Assembly: GCA_040385465.1 (NCBI GenBank)
Contig: JAZKHH010000009.1
Location: 1,449-65,448 of the forward strand
From: Pseudomonadota bacterium
GTDB taxonomy: Bacteria > Pseudomonadota > Gammaproteobacteria > Burkholderiales > Burkholderiaceae_C
Direction: 5' to 3'
Length of the DNA stretch: 64,000 nucleotides
Part shown: positions 61,875 through 64,000 of the stretch, piece by piece
Layout of the letters: the number at the start of each line of letters is the position of its first letter
Position numbering within the stretch: the first letter of the stretch is position 1
Program-made: the position numbers and the translations under genes
Notes under the pieces: generated by a model
What the model was told of the DNA's origin: nothing
The model's input: only the letters and a program-made list of their open reading frames with translations
The model's database searches: none

Positions 61875-64000
61875 ATGTTCAAGTGGCTGCTCAATAACAG
61901 TTTGACGAACCGGCTGCTGGTGATGATGGCCAGCGTGGTGCTGATGGCCTATGGCGCGTTCACGCTGTCGCGCACGCCGGTGGATGTGTTCCCCGACCTC
62001 AACAAGCCCACCGTGACCCTCATGACCGAGGCGGGCGGAATGGCCGCCGAGGAGGTTGAGCAACTCATCACCTTCCCACTGGAGACGACCATGAACGGCC
62101 TGCCGGGGGTCGAGTCGGTGCGCTCGACTTCGTCGGCGGGTTTGTCTTTTCTGTATGTCACCTTCGACTGGAGCACCGACATCTATCGGGCTCGGCAACT
62201 GGTGTCTGAACGGCTGTCGTCGATGGAGGAGGGCGTTGCTGAAGGTGTGGTGCCTCGCATGGGGCCGATCAGCTCCATCATGGGCGAAATCATGCAGATC
62301 GCCATTCCGGTCGATCCGCGCAAAATCAGCCCAATGGCGGTGCGTGAATACGCTGACTGGGTGCTGAGACCTCGACTGCTTTCGGTACCGGGCGTGGCGC
62401 AAGTCATTCCCATTGGCGGTGAAGTTCGCCAATTTCAGGTGCAGCCTGACACCGTGCGCATGGCCGAACTGGGCATCACGCACGAACAACTCGAAGGCGC
62501 ATTGAAGGGCTACTCCTCGAATACGTCAGGGGGGTTTTTGGAATTGAACGGCCGCGAGTATCTGATTCGGAATCTCGGCCGCACATCCCGGCTTGATGAC
62601 CTGAATAATCTGGCTTTGACGGCCAAAAATGGTCAGCCCATCCTGATGCGCCAAATCGCCGAGGTGACGTTTGCAGCGGCACTCAAGCGCGGTGATGCGG
62701 GTTTTGAGGGCAGACCAGCCGTGATTCTGGGCATCCAAAAGCAGCCAACCGCCGACACGATTGCGCTCACCAAGTCCATCGAGAATGCCTTGATCGGACT
62801 CAAGGCATCGCTGCCGGCGGGCATGGAGACTCCCCGTGTAACCTTTCGCCAAGCCAGCTTCATCGAGGCGTCGATCACCACGCTGCAGGGCAAGCTGATC
62901 GGTGCTTCCATCTTTGTGGCTGTGATCCTGTTTTTCTTTTTGGGAAGCCTGCGTCCGACCATCATCGCGCTGACAGCCATCCCAGTGTCCATCTGTGTGA
63001 CGGCGCTGGTTTTCCAATACTTTGGTCTTTCAATCAATACCATGACGTTGGGTGGCCTGGCGATTGCCATCGGGGGTCTGGTCGATGACGCCGTGGTTGA
63101 CGTTGAGAACATCATTCGCCGCTTGAAGGCGGACCGGGCAAAACCACCGGCACAGCGCATGCACCCGCTCGAGCTCGTTGCAAAGGCCTCGATGGAAGTG
63201 CGGTCGGGCATCCTCTACGCTACCGCGATCATCGTGCTTGTTTTCGTTCCGTTGTTTGCGTTGCCCGGGCTGGAAGGCAAGCTCTTCGTGCCGCTGGGCA
63301 TCGCTTTCATCGTGTCGACGTTGGCTTCGCTGGTCGTATCGGTGACGGTGACGCCCGTGCTAAGTTTTTACCTGTTGCCTCGCATGAAGAACCTGGACCA
63401 TGGCGACACCAAGGTTCTGGCTTGGCTTAAAGCTCGCTACCGCGGCGGCTTGCAGGGTGCCCTGGACTGGCCGAAGGCCACCATGGTGGCCGCCGGTGCT
63501 GCGGCGCTGATGGCTGCAGTGGCTCTGCCATTTTTCCCCACAACCTTTTTACCGCCGTTCAACGAAGGGACGCTGCTGGTCGGTCTGCGCTTGAACCCGG
63601 GCGTGACGTTGACCGAGACTTCGGCGCTGGCGCGGCAGGCCGAAGTGCTGATCAAGCAGGTACCCGAAGTGACTCACGTCGGTCGGCGCAGCGGGCGTGC
63701 CGAACTGGATGAGCACGCAGAGGGCGTGCACGTCAGTGAGCTCGACGTTGGACTGATACCGACCGCCGAGCTCACGCGCAGCATGGATGAGATCAAAGCC
63801 GATCTCCGTGCGCGGCTGGTCAACCTGCCTGCCGCACTGGAAATTGGTCAGCCCATTTCGCACCGCATCGACCACATGCTCTCCGGCGTGCGCTCGCAGA
63901 TCGCGATCAAAATCTTCGGAGAGGATCTGGATGCCCTGCGGGGGCAGGCCGACGCTTTGCGCACAAAGCTGTCCACCATTGAGGGCATCGCCGATCTGCA
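61875..64000 (+). CDS. Heavy-metal-efflux RND transporter (CzcA/CusA family), 3'-truncated by the window edge
   Basis: Not in the ORF track because it has no stop in the window. My own translation from ATG 61875 reads MFKWLLNNSLTNRLLVMMASVVLMAYGAFTLSRTPVDVFPDLNKPTVTLMTEAGGMAAEEVEQLITFPLE...PRMGPISSIMGEIMQIA...MTLGGLAIAIGGLVDDAVVDVENI... and is still in frame at 63960-63998 (RTKLSTIEGIADL). Confidence 0.9.
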   Translation, partial: MFKWLLNNSLTNRLLVMMASVVLMAYGAFTLSRTPVDVFPDLNKPTVTLMTEAGGMAAEEVEQLITFPLETTMNGLPGVESVRSTSSAGLSFLYVTFDWSTDIYRARQLVSERLSSMEEGVAEGVVPRMGPISSIMGEIMQIAIPVDPRKISPMAVREYADWVLRPRLLSVPGVAQVIPIGGEVRQFQVQPDTVRMAELGITHEQLEGALKGYSSNTSGGFLELNGREYLIRNLGRTSRLDDLNNLALTAKNGQPILMRQIAEVTFAAALKRGDAGFEGRPAVILGIQKQPTADTIALTKSIENALIGLKASLPAGMETPRVTFRQASFIEASITTLQGKLIGASIFVAVILFFFLGSLRPTIIALTAIPVSICVTALVFQYFGLSINTMTLGGLAIAIGGLVDDAVVDVENIIRRLKADRAKPPAQRMHPLELVAKASMEVRSGILYATAIIVLVFVPLFALPGLEGKLFVPLGIAFIVSTLASLVVSVTVTPVLSFYLLPRMKNLDHGDTKVLAWLKARYRGGLQGALDWPKATMVAAGAAALMAAVALPFFPTTFLPPFNEGTLLVGLRLNPGVTLTETSALARQAEVLIKQVPEVTHVGRRSGRAELDEHAEGVHVSELDVGLIPTAELTRSMDEIKADLRARLVNLPAALEIGQPISHRIDHMLSGVRSQIAIKIFGEDLDALRGQADALRTKLSTIEGIADL

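Overview
High-GC (roughly two thirds G+C by eye) proteobacterial chromosomal segment. Gene content and order suggest a motile betaproteobacterium (Burkholderiales-like), which is inference only. About half of the window is flagellar regulon, in two blocks. The first is flhDC-motAB-cheYZ (8.1-12.4 kb). The second is flgN-flgM-flgA on the minus strand, divergent from flgBCDEFGHIJKL (28.6-42.2 kb). Between the blocks lie a TPR/GT41 glycosyltransferase translationally coupled to a type I secretion ABC/MFP pair, an HxlR regulator with a methyltransferase, the gcvT-gcvH-gcvP operon behind a tandem glycine riboswitch, ETF-ubiquinone oxidoreductase and an SDR. Directly after flgL comes a signalling module: an EAL-like/HDOD protein, a 1246-aa multi-PAS HisKA_2 kinase and a REC-ANTAR regulator. 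The rest holds mfd, ispDF, a hemerythrin, ompR-envZ, a DJ-1/PfpI protein and a visibly lower-GC czc/cus-type heavy-metal RND efflux operon that runs off the right edge. The left edge carries a receiver protein, a REC-GAF-HK-REC hybrid kinase, a cupin, an S41 peptidase lipoprotein and a glycosyltransferase-like/methyltransferase fusion just upstream of flhDC. I saw no rRNA, tRNA, CRISPR array, transposase or integrase. The most unusual items are three. (1) The GT41-T1SS coupling. (2) A FliA-type promoter followed by a structured ~80-nt unit with a CU-rich single-stranded tract and an intrinsic terminator in the flhC-motA spacer. (3) The PdtaS/PdtaR-like ANTAR system appended to the late flagellar operon. 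All family assignments come from reading motifs in the supplied translations. No searches or folding calculations were run.
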